This document shows, piece by piece, positions 47,777-57,149 of a stretch of 64,000 bases of DNA. The stretch's first letter is position 1. The number at the start of each line of letters is the position of its first letter. The position numbers and the translations under genes were made by a program. Source of the stretch: an uncultured delta proteobacterium (lineage in GTDB: Bacteria; Desulfobacterota; Binatia; UBA9968); NCBI GenBank assembly GCA_963745835.1, contig CAVUZH010000018.1:320001-384000 (forward strand), read 5' to 3'. The notes beneath the pieces are model-generated. The model was not told the DNA's origin. It ran no database searches and saw only the letters and a program-made list of their open reading frames with translations.

Positions 47777-49459
47777 ATGACAGATTGCATGAATTTGTTT
47801 CAACATCGGGCAGTTAGTCTATCATGGCTGGTATTCGTCCTCGCGATCTTGGTTTTTCAGCCGGTGATCGCGTTGGCCGCTCAGCCCGCCTACGAGCCGC
47901 CCACAACGCTAAGCGCATCGAAGATCCTACCGCCCGATCTTCTAGCTGGTCCGAACCACCGGGTGGAAGAGAAAGTCTCCAACGATGGTTATCTCAATAC
48001 TTACCGAGTGGGGTCGAAATTCGGCACCTTTGCCGTCCTATCAACGCCTATGCTGAGAAAGCGCATCGGCGAAATCAACGCGCTCGTGCGGATGGAGCAG
48101 ATCGAAGGTACCAAGGAATTCACGTCATCGCTCAAAGAAGCCGGGACAGACACCTTAGTGGGTTTCAAGAATCTTGTCACCCAGCCGGTGGATACGGTTA
48201 AAGGCGCGGCTTCGGGAATAGGCGCCGCATTTCAAAGGGCGGGCGACGCGCTTACGGGACCCACGCGCAGCGAGGCGGAGGATAACCGAGTCAAAGATCT
48301 GATCGGTTTCTCCAAAACCAAGCGGGAGTACGCCTATAACCTCGGGGTCGATGCCTATAGCGATAACCAAAAACTCCAAGACCGGCTCGACGAAATTGCT
48401 TGGGCCGGCTACGCCGGCGGGATGACCTGGGCGGCGGCGATGGCCGCGGTGCCGGGGGGCGCCGGCTTGGCGATCACGATCTCGGGAACTAACCACCTGT
48501 TAAACGAGGTTTTTCGCACTACGCCGCCAGTCGAGCTGCGCCGAATGAATGCGGAAAAACTCAAGGCGATGCAGGTGCATCCTGAAGTCGCCGAGGCGTT
48601 CCTAAACAATTCGTTATACTCGCCGCGCCATCAAACGCTCCTAGTCCACGCTTTGGACGAGATGAAGGGCGTAGGCAACCGTGCGACGTTCGTTCGACTC
48701 GCCGCCGCTAGCCCCAACAAAGACCTCGCTTTTTTCCGTGAACGGCAGGCCGAAATGTATGCGGGCTACCACAAGGCGGTCGCGCCAGTGGAAACCTTTG
48801 TCGCGCTGGGCGAATTTGCCGCGGTACGAACCAAGGCCAACGAAATTGTTTTTAATGTGCCGCTGGATCATCTCCTTTGGACTGAAGCGATGGCGAAGTT
48901 GTTGACCGCTGCCGATGCCCGTGTGACTCAATCGAGCCGGCCGGCCAATAAGCAATTATGGGTCACCGGCACCGTCAGCGCCCGGGCCAAGAAGGAAATC
49001 GAAACTCGGGGCTGGCGGATCCAAGAGCGAACTGAGGAGCGGTTGCTCAGCTGGAGCCAAAATTATCCTAAATACGAAAAGTCGGACGATAGAGTGCCGT
49101 CGGGTTTAGTCAAGCTGAACTTAAAGTCTGTCGGAGCTGTCGTTGGCAGCAGTTCCGGCGACGGCGTTCTCAGCTATCAAGGAAAGGATTACCCATTCAC
49201 GATTTCAGGGTATAGCTTGGGCGATGTCGGTGCATCCAACTTCGAAGGTGCCGGCAAGGTTTATGATCTTAAAAGCTTGAATGACTTTTCCGGCAACTAT
49301 GCAGCTGCCCAGGCAGCTTTTGCCGTTGGAGGGGGTCAAAGCGCACTATCCATGAGCAACAGCAAGGGTGTGACGGTCATCGTCCTCGCGAACCAAGGCA
49401 AAGAGTCCGGAACACGCCTGAGTCTCGGTCCGTCCGGCGTCACTTTCAAGCTCAAATAG
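47777..49459 (+). CDS. Exported hypothetical protein, large helical region plus C-terminal beta-rich domain
   Basis: GAGGAG RBS, signal peptide, 560 aa intact ORF. Confidence 0.75.
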   Translation: MTDCMNLFQHRAVSLSWLVFVLAILVFQPVIALAAQPAYEPPTTLSASKILPPDLLAGPNHRVEEKVSNDGYLNTYRVGSKFGTFAVLSTPMLRKRIGEINALVRMEQIEGTKEFTSSLKEAGTDTLVGFKNLVTQPVDTVKGAASGIGAAFQRAGDALTGPTRSEAEDNRVKDLIGFSKTKREYAYNLGVDAYSDNQKLQDRLDEIAWAGYAGGMTWAAAMAAVPGGAGLAITISGTNHLLNEVFRTTPPVELRRMNAEKLKAMQVHPEVAEAFLNNSLYSPRHQTLLVHALDEMKGVGNRATFVRLAAASPNKDLAFFRERQAEMYAGYHKAVAPVETFVALGEFAAVRTKANEIVFNVPLDHLLWTEAMAKLLTAADARVTQSSRPANKQLWVTGTVSARAKKEIETRGWRIQERTEERLLSWSQNYPKYEKSDDRVPSGLVKLNLKSVGAVVGSSSGDGVLSYQGKDYPFTISGYSLGDVGASNFEGAGKVYDLKSLNDFSGNYAAAQAAFAVGGGQSALSMSNSKGVTVIVLANQGKESGTRLSLGPSGVTFKLK

Positions 49460-49510
49460 AAGCCAGCGCCCGAAGATAAGCGATCGAAACGCCGTAAGAC
49501 GAGAACGCCG

Positions 49511-50644
49511 ATGGAAACAGAAGGTCAGATTTCTTTTCGGCGCGAAGATGCTACGACATTGCGGGTGCGCTTTTCGGGCACGTGGCGGTTGCGCCGTGGA
49601 TTGCCCACCGCCGCATTACTCGAGCGCGAGCTAAAATCATCCGGCAATGTGCGGGGCATTACTTTTGACGCCGATGAGCTGGCTTTCTGGGACAGCAGTG
49701 TTCTAACTTTTCTGGTTGAGGTCTCGGAACTCTGCCGCCGCCGCGGCGTCCACATGGACCGTACAGGACTGCCTGCCGGTGTGCGGCGGCTCTTGGATTT
49801 GGCCGAGGCGGTGCCGGAGAAAAAAGGCGCGCGCAAGGAGACGGCCGAAACGCCTTTTCTTGAACGGCTCGGCAACACTGCGATCGGCTACGGCACTTCT
49901 CTCGGAGAGATGCTGAGATTTCTCGGCGAGATGACCCTCACCTTTGGTCGGCTGTTCCGCATGAAGGCAAGGTTTCGCGCGATTGATCTTCTTCTGTTAA
50001 TCCAGCAGTGCGGCGCTCAGGCGCTGCCGATCGTTACGCTAATCAGCTTTTTGGTCGGTGTGATTCTGGCGTTTGTCGGCGCGATCCAACTAAAACAATT
50101 CGGCGCGCAGATCTATGTTGCGGATCTAGTTGGTATCGCGATGATTCGCGAGATGGGCGCGATGATGACCGGCATTATCATGGCGGGCCGGACCGGCGCA
50201 GCGTTCGCCGCGCAGCTCGGGACGATGAAAGTCACTCAGGAAATCGACGCCTTTACCACCATGGGCTTTTCGCCGTTGGAGTTTCTCGTGTTGCCGCGCG
50301 TCGTCGCGCTGGTCTTGATGATGCCTTTGTTATGCCTTTACTCCGACTTCGTCGGCATTTTGGGAGGCGCTGCGGTTGGTTTGGGCATGCTCGACCTCTC
50401 CTGGACCACCTATTTTCGGGAAACCGCGAACGCCATCAGATTGACGGACGTTTTCGGCGGCGTTTTCAAAAGTTCGGTATACGGCGTGCTGATCGCCCTA
50501 TCCGGCTGTTTGCGGGGCATTCAATGCGGCAATAGTTCCTCGGCTGTCGGCGATGCGGCAACGTCCGCCGTGGTCACGGGCATCGTTGCGATCGTGGTCG
50601 CTTGCGGGATTTTTGCCGTGGTGTTCTACGTGCTGGGAATCTGA
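49511..50644 (+). CDS. mlaE: MlaE-family ABC permease with N-terminal STAS-like domain
   Basis: QLKQFGA, REMGAMMTGIIMAGRTGAAFAAQLGTMKVTQEIDA, VGDAATSAVV. Confidence 0.88.
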   Translation: METEGQISFRREDATTLRVRFSGTWRLRRGLPTAALLERELKSSGNVRGITFDADELAFWDSSVLTFLVEVSELCRRRGVHMDRTGLPAGVRRLLDLAEAVPEKKGARKETAETPFLERLGNTAIGYGTSLGEMLRFLGEMTLTFGRLFRMKARFRAIDLLLLIQQCGAQALPIVTLISFLVGVILAFVGAIQLKQFGAQIYVADLVGIAMIREMGAMMTGIIMAGRTGAAFAAQLGTMKVTQEIDAFTTMGFSPLEFLVLPRVVALVLMMPLLCLYSDFVGILGGAAVGLGMLDLSWTTYFRETANAIRLTDVFGGVFKSSVYGVLIALSGCLRGIQCGNSSSAVGDAATSAVVTGIVAIVVACGIFAVVFYVLGI

Positions 50645-50674
50645 GTTGACGCCTAACCAAAAAGGAATAAGGCG

Positions 50675-50818
50675 AAAACTCGAAATTCGAAATCCGAAAT
50701 TCGAGACAAATCAAATGATCAAAAAGCAAAATTCCAAACAAGCTATTTATGGAATCCGGATTTTTGGATTCGAGTGTTTCCGTTTGTTTCGGATTTCGAG
50801 CTTCGGATTTCGGATTTT
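50675..50818. repeat. Imperfect long inverted repeat built of 7-bp units (CGAAATY)
   Basis: aaaactcgaaattcgaaatccgaaattcgagacaaa ... tttgtttcggatttcgagcttcggatttcggatttt. Confidence 0.75.
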
Positions 50819-50835
50819 AAATCGAGATTAATGGT

Positions 50836-51621
50836 ATGGCCGCCGGATTTGGGAACGAAAACGGAACCAAGGCGCATATCACCGTGCGCAATCTGACAAT
50901 GGCTTACGGGACTTTTGTTCTGATGCGTGATCTCACCTTCACCATCAATCACGGCGATGTCTTCATCATCATGGGCGGCAGCGGTAGCGGTAAGAGCACG
51001 TTGCTGCGACATATGATCGGCCTTAACGAACCGGCCAAGGGAGAAATTTTCTATGGCAGTGAAAACTTCACTAAAGCCGATCCGGCAAAAAGGCTGGAAA
51101 TGGTCAGACGTATGGGCGTGCTGTTTCAGAGCGGCGGACTGTGGAGCTCGATGACTTTAGCAGAAAACGTCGGTTTGGCGCTCGGCGAGTATACCGACTT
51201 GAGTCCGCAAGAAATCCGCGAGGTCGCCTCACTGAAACTAGCTCTGGTCGGCTTGAAGGGGTTCGAAGACTACTATCCAAGCCAGATCAGCGGCGGTATG
51301 CAGAAGCGCGCCGGCTTGGCCCGCGCAATGGCGATGGATCCGGAAATCCTGTTCTTCGACGAGCCCTCCGCGGGTCTCGATCCGATCAGCTCGCGGTTGC
51401 TCGACGACTTGATTCTGGAGCTGCGCGACAGTTTGGGTGCGACGGTTGTCGTGGTTACCCACGAGCTGGCAAGCATATTTACCATCGGCAACAACAGTGT
51501 ATTCCTCGACACTGAAACCAGGACGATAATCGCGGGCGGTGATCCGAAGGAACTGCTAGCTCATTCGCCAAATCCGACGGTGCATCGCTTCCTCACCCGC
51601 GCAGAAGAGGAAAGAGTATGA
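50836..51621 (+). CDS. mlaF: MlaF-family ABC ATPase
   Basis: GGSGSGKST, ISGGMQKRAGLARA, FFDEPSAGLDP. Confidence 0.88.
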   Translation: MAAGFGNENGTKAHITVRNLTMAYGTFVLMRDLTFTINHGDVFIIMGGSGSGKSTLLRHMIGLNEPAKGEIFYGSENFTKADPAKRLEMVRRMGVLFQSGGLWSSMTLAENVGLALGEYTDLSPQEIREVASLKLALVGLKGFEDYYPSQISGGMQKRAGLARAMAMDPEILFFDEPSAGLDPISSRLLDDLILELRDSLGATVVVVTHELASIFTIGNNSVFLDTETRTIIAGGDPKELLAHSPNPTVHRFLTRAEEERV

Positions 51622-52628
51622 AGAAAAAGATCAGCCCGACCCTGATTGGCGGCTTTGTCATTGGCGCGCTGGTTTTATTGGTGATCGCCGTCATCGCCTT
51701 CGGCTCCGGACAGCTTTTTCGCAAGACTCGAGAATTCGTGCTCTATTTCGATAGTTCCGTCAACGGCCTGCGCATCGGGGCGCCGGTAAAGGTGAGGGGC
51801 GTGGAAATCGGCGCCGTGAAAGACATTCGCTTCCAGCTCGACGAGGATACCCAGGTCAACAAAATTCCAGTAATCATCGAGATCGACCTGGAAAAGTTGA
51901 CATCGCGGGGAGCCACCGCGGCTGCCGCAGAGGATCTCGATTCTTTTCGCAAATTCATTGCTGAACGCGGCCTTCGCGGACAGCTCATGACCGAAAGCCT
52001 GTTGACAGGATTGCTCTACGTCGGGCTCGACTTTTTTCCGGAGGCTCCGATCAATCTCGTGCAGAAAACAGACCGCCACCACAAATATCCGGAAATTCCA
52101 ACAATGCCTAGCTACCTTGAGCAGGCTCAGGATACGGCAAGCAAAATACTCTCGAAACTGGAGGAGGTCGATTTCAAGGGAATGATGGATTCCGCGAAGA
52201 ACGCCGTGGACGGAATTTCCCGGCTGGTCAACTCGCCCTCTATTCAATCCTCGCTCAAAAGTTTGGAGCGGACCATGCCGAAGATAGATGAGGCAGTGGT
52301 CGGAATCCACAAACTGACAACCAACCTGGATGGGAATATCACCCAACTCTCAGCAAATCTTCAACAAAGCTCTGACGCGGCCCGCGACGCAATGAAACAA
52401 GCTGCCTTGGCGATGCAGCAAGCAGATGCATCGCTCAAAGAAGCCGAAGCAGCGATGACGAACATTCGCGGTATTACCGATCCGGATTCTGCGCCTTTCT
52501 ATGAGCTAAGCAGAAGCCTGCGAGAAGTTTCGGCCGCTGCCCGTTCTCTGCGTCTACTGTCCAATTATGTTGAACGGAATCCCAGAGCCCTCATCTTCGG
52601 TAAACCGGATCGTGGAGAGGGACGATGA
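51618..52628 (+). CDS. mlaD: MCE/MlaD-family protein with coiled-coil tail
   Basis: SVNGLRIGAPVKVRGVEIGAV, LLTGLLYV, ERNPRALIFG. Confidence 0.85.
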   Translation: MKKKISPTLIGGFVIGALVLLVIAVIAFGSGQLFRKTREFVLYFDSSVNGLRIGAPVKVRGVEIGAVKDIRFQLDEDTQVNKIPVIIEIDLEKLTSRGATAAAAEDLDSFRKFIAERGLRGQLMTESLLTGLLYVGLDFFPEAPINLVQKTDRHHKYPEIPTMPSYLEQAQDTASKILSKLEEVDFKGMMDSAKNAVDGISRLVNSPSIQSSLKSLERTMPKIDEAVVGIHKLTTNLDGNITQLSANLQQSSDAARDAMKQAALAMQQADASLKEAEAAMTNIRGITDPDSAPFYELSRSLREVSAAARSLRLLSNYVERNPRALIFGKPDRGEGR

Positions 52629-53257
52629 AGCGATGGATCAAGACGGTCATGAAGGTTGGACTCATCGCTCTGTCACTTGCGGCTTGTGGGACGTTTTCGC
52701 CCAGGCCCGACCCCTCCAGGTTTTTCACGCTTTCGTCGCTGCCTCAGGTGGAACAAGGGTCGCTGAGAAACTCAACCAGACCGGAGAAGATGTTTCTCGG
52801 GATTGGCCCGATCAGATTTCCCGGCTATCTCGATCGACAAGAAATAGTTGTCCGCAGCGCGCAGAATAGATTTGATGTCTCTGAGACCGATCGCTGGGCG
52901 GAACCGCTGCAGGAAAATTTCTCGCGAGTTTTAGCGGAAAATCTTGCGCTGCTCCTGAACACGGATCTGATTATAATTTACCCGTGGTCGCCCACCCAGC
53001 GGCCGCGTTATCAAGTCGAGATCGATGTGCTGCGTCTCGAGACTAACAGCGAACTTAATGGTCAATTATTTGCACGCTGGTCAGTCGTCGCTGGCGCAGA
53101 CAAGAAAGTGGCTGTCGTCAAAGAGTCGCGCATCATCCGGAATGCCAAAGAAAAGTCGACCGATGGTTCCGTCGCCGCTCTGAGCGAGGCTGTCGGAGAT
53201 TTTAGTCGCGAAATTGCCGAGACCGTGAGCGCGATCGACAGAAAGAATGAGCGGTAG
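52625..53257 (+). CDS. PqiC-like ABC auxiliary lipoprotein
   Basis: LAAC lipobox, FPGYLDRQEIV, DRWAEPL. Confidence 0.85.
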   Translation: MKRWIKTVMKVGLIALSLAACGTFSPRPDPSRFFTLSSLPQVEQGSLRNSTRPEKMFLGIGPIRFPGYLDRQEIVVRSAQNRFDVSETDRWAEPLQENFSRVLAENLALLLNTDLIIIYPWSPTQRPRYQVEIDVLRLETNSELNGQLFARWSVVAGADKKVAVVKESRIIRNAKEKSTDGSVAALSEAVGDFSREIAETVSAIDRKNER

Positions 53258-53328
53258 TGGAACATCACCCTGGCTCTGGTATGCTACGCTTCTCTCGCGG
53301 GCTGCAGCGCCGCTAACTGTCGGGAGGT

Positions 53329-55340
53329 ATGGCAGGACATGCACGGATCTACCGTAACAACAGTATCGTTCATGCTATGGGCGCATTAGCTGAAGTATCG
53401 GCGAGAAGCTTGCGCCGATCATCGAGATGGCTCGTTCTGATAACACTGGCCATCGCGCTCATTGCATCGGGTTGCGCCACGCCGATCGGCGTACGGTACG
53501 TGGAGCCCCGTGTTGCATACCAGTCGCTCACCGCGAATGTGCTTTCCGCTGACCAGCCTAGCTCATTTTCCGCGCGCGAGCTGATGAATCTGAATCTGTA
53601 CGAACGGTTTGATGAGGATCCGGAGAAAGCGCTTGCCGAGATGCATGCGGGGTTGGCGGCCAAGGGTGATGAGGATCGTGTCTTCGCACTCGCTGAGCTG
53701 TCATTTGTCTACGCCAATGACAGCGGCGAGCGATCACACTATCTTGCCGCGGCAGTATACGCATATGCTTTTCTTTTCCCTGGCAAAGACGGTACGCCGC
53801 CGAAAGGGCTGGATCCGCGATTCCGATGGGCGGCGGATATTTACAATCAGGCGCTCACCCGCGCCGCGATGTTAGACGACCGAGAGTATCCGGTTCCCAG
53901 GGGCGGTACGTTCAACCTGCCTTTCGGTGAGATTACGGTCCAATTCGATCAGAACCAACTACTCTGGGCGGGCTTTCGTCTCAAGGATTTTGTTCCTGCG
54001 GCCGACGTTGAGGTGCGTGGGTTGCGCAATCGTTACCGTATCCCCGGTGTCGGGGCGCCTCTTTCGGCAAAGATAGAACCTGTTGAGGGGGCCGCGAGCA
54101 AACAGTCCGCGCGTATTCCACTAAGAATGAGGATTCCCGCGACCGCTTTTCTTCGCCTCGACGACCCGCGTGGCGCGCTCAAGTCGGGAAAATTGCGTGG
54201 CAAGCTCGAGTTCTATACGCCCGATTCGGCCCGCTCATCAAAATTGAAGGTGTCGATGTGCCGATCGAATACGAAACCACCTCTGCTCTCGCTCTCACTT
54301 TAGAGGGAGCGCCGATTTGGGACTTTGAAATTGCCGGTTTTCGGTCCGGAGACTTCACCCTCAGTGTTCCAGGGGCGTTGCGCGAGGGGCTTTTCATGAT
54401 CCGGCCGCATCGAACCGGACGGATACCGGTCGTGCTCGTCCATGGCACCGCGTCGAGCCCGGCTCGCTGGGCGGAACTGGTTAACGAACTAGAGAATGAT
54501 CCGCGGTTTTTGGAAAATTACGAGATCTGGCTGTTCATGTACAACACAGGGAACCCCATCGCTGATTCGGCGGCACGAATGCGGGCAGCGCTACTAAAGG
54601 TTGTCGCGGATCTCGACCCGGAGAAAAAGGATCCGGGGCTTCAGCAGATGGTTGTTATCGGCCACAGCCAGGGCGGACTGCTAACTAAGATGATGGTTAT
54701 CGATCCCGGTACCCGCTTCTGGGATGGAGTGTTTACAGTACCACCCGACGAGCTTGACGTTAGAGCGGAGACTCGTGATTTTTTAAGAAATGCCCTCATT
54801 TTCAAGCCGCTGACTTTTGTGCGACGTGTAGTTTTCGTCGCGACGCCGCATCGCGGCAGCTATCAAGCGCTCGGGTTCTTAGGAGGCTTTACCTCGTGGT
54901 TGATCCGGCTTCCCGGTAATTTGACCCGTCTTGGTGTTGAGGCGGCGACCTTGCAAAGCCGAGGACTGCTCAGGGGACCGTTCACGGGCGTTCCGACCGC
55001 CATAACCAACATGAATCCTTCGAACCGCTTTATTCAAGAGCTAGCAGCGATGCCTATCATTAAAGGTGTTACCGCTCACTCCATCATCGCTGTGCAGGGC
55101 GATGGCCCAAAAGAGAAAGGCGCCGATGGCATCGTCATGTATGAGAGCGCTCATATCGACGGCGTGGCTTCGGAAAAGGTAGTCCGCTCGAGCCACTCGA
55201 CTCAAGGACATCCCGAGACTATTCAGGAGATCAAACGTATTTTGTTGGAGCATGCTGAGGGATTGCGTGGTCCGGAGCAAGTTGTTTCACAGCCGGCAGC
55301 GGCCGGCAATAGCGGGCCGGCGGCTAGCGATCTTTATTAG
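53329..55340 (+). CDS. Alpha/beta-hydrolase (lipase-like) lipoprotein, frameshift near 54236
   Basis: ASGC lipobox, PVVLVHGTASS, GHSQGG, ATPHRGS, DGIVMYESAH. Confidence 0.82.
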
Positions 55341-55440
55341 CAGCGAGATACCATGTATGAGAATTGTTGTAACCCACGCGCTTGGTGAAAAGTTGCAAGC
55401 CTGTTTTGATCAAAGCACTTTTACTTGAAAGGAGATTGCC

Positions 55441-55686
55441 ATGTTTGTTTCAAGATTTCTCAGATTCTGCGCGGTGTTGGTTGTTTTGTTAGCTTCCGGG
55501 TGCACCTCATATTATCGCATAACCGATCAGTCGACGCGCAGAACTTATTTCGCCACGGGATATGACACAACCAGCAGCGGCGCGGTGCAATTCTACGATG
55601 AGAAGAGCCGTGTCGCCGTGACGTTACAATCATCCGAGGTCGTAGAGATCAGCCGAGATGAGTTTGACTCCGGTCTCAAACAGTAG
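55441..55686 (+). CDS. Small lipoprotein
   Basis: AGGAG RBS, LASGC lipobox, VTLQSSEVVEISRDEF. Confidence 0.75.
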   Translation: MFVSRFLRFCAVLVVLLASGCTSYYRITDQSTRRTYFATGYDTTSSGAVQFYDEKSRVAVTLQSSEVVEISRDEFDSGLKQ

Positions 55687-55854
55687 CTGGGCTTTGCACA
55701 TGCCGGTTACGCGGATCCACCGGCTATGCAGCGGGCACGTATCTACATAATTAATCAGCTCGAAAATGTTAATCAGCCCGAAAAACGCGTCTTGGAAGGG
55801 GGAGTGGAAGCGGCCCGAGAACTCGATTGCAATCCAATTGCGCCAGGAGGTCTC

Positions 55855-56208
55855 ATGGCAACTCCTAACCAGAATAGAACGGGTAATCCATCTTTATTTG
55901 TGGCCTATGCGCTAATCGCGTTATCACTGTGGATGGTAGATAGGGAAGTTAGCGGTCGGTCCTCACAGGCAATTTCGCTAGCCTCCAATCCCGACACAGC
56001 AAGCAGCGATTCACCGCATGGCGAGATAGTCGCCAGCTTCATACTTCCTCAGAACGACAAGCTTTATCGTCCCGCCAGTTCAGTTTTAGACCAGCTTGCG
56101 AGCGACGAATCAAGTTCAGCTGAGGACAATGAAAAAGGCGACGATAAGCGCCACAGAGCGGCGTTAGCTTTGATGGTTTACCTCTCCGCAGACGGTATTA
56201 AAAGATAA
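55855..56208 (+). CDS. Hypothetical protein with N-terminal hydrophobic segment
   Basis: AGGAGG RBS before ATG 55855. Confidence 0.45.
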   Translation: MATPNQNRTGNPSLFVAYALIALSLWMVDREVSGRSSQAISLASNPDTASSDSPHGEIVASFILPQNDKLYRPASSVLDQLASDESSSAEDNEKGDDKRHRAALALMVYLSADGIKR

Positions 56209-56394
56209 ATGGTCGCGCGGCTGTATCTGGATCTTCCAATGAGCGATCATTTTCCGCGTACCGACTTTTAGCCTTTCCATCGCCTTGCGGCGACGACGTC
56301 CTCTAACTTTTCACCATCCGCTGTGGCCGGTCATTTTGCTGGTCACAGCATTAAACCCGCACAGTTCTGCTCTCGATCCCCATAGGAGAACTAT

Positions 56395-56907
56395 ATGGCT
56401 ACATTGACAGCGTTCCGGTTTGATACCGTGGACGGCGCAGATAGTGCGCTTGGAGTGGTTCCCATGCTGCAAGAGCAGCAGTTGCTCGCCATCCTGGATG
56501 CTGCGCTAGTGAGTTGGCCTAAAGGCAAAAACCGACCCAGTACTCGCCAGGTGATTTTGCCAACCGGGCCCCAACTGTTAGATGGCACCTTTTGGGGGAT
56601 GCTCTTCGGCCTAATATTTTTCGTTCCGGTTCTTGACACCGGCCGCCGAGAGGAAATGGAGCGGCTGACGTCCGCGCTTTCTGATGTGGGCATCGATGAA
56701 GATTTCATCTACCAGCTGCGAAGCAAACTTACCGAAGGCACATCGGCGCTGTTCATACTTTCACGGGATGCTTTGATGGATAAGATCAACGACGTATCCA
56801 AGGGCAAAAAGCCTGATCTGATTGCGATCAACCTGCGGCGCGATGAGGAGATGAAACTGCGAAATCTGTTCGGGCCGGCGAGCAGTACGCCGACTGTGCG
56901 CCCATAG
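56395..56907 (+). CDS. DUF1269-like membrane protein
   Basis: MATLTAFRF, DAALVSWPKGK, GTFWGMLFGLIFFVP, DVGIDEDFI, GTSALF. Confidence 0.8.
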   Translation: MATLTAFRFDTVDGADSALGVVPMLQEQQLLAILDAALVSWPKGKNRPSTRQVILPTGPQLLDGTFWGMLFGLIFFVPVLDTGRREEMERLTSALSDVGIDEDFIYQLRSKLTEGTSALFILSRDALMDKINDVSKGKKPDLIAINLRRDEEMKLRNLFGPASSTPTVRP

Positions 56908-57016
56908 TAAAATTTCTAATTGAGGCGAATGCGCAGTGACGTAATCGAAATTGGGCTTCGAATAAGCATTTCCGCAAAATCGTTGGTGAACAAATTCGCA
57001 ACGCGGTGTTACCTGT

Positions 57017-57034
57017 ATTGGACTAAAGTCCAAC
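57017..57034. promoter_or_regulatory. Palindromic box copy 2
   Basis: ATTGGACT-AA-AGTCCAAC, 115 nt upstream of alkylsulfatase start. Confidence 0.7.
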
Positions 57035-57149
57035 ATCTATCTGTCCTATTCTTTGGCAAAACATCACGTTTAAACGATTTGAGCGCGCCTACCACTGTCC
57101 TTCGATACACGGGCAAATCTCGAAAAAGCCAAACAGAGAAAGGGAAATA

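Noticed and set aside
55383-56340. Extra sigma54-like sites at about 55383 and 56324
   Set aside because: GG to GC spacing is 9 and 11 nt, not the required 10
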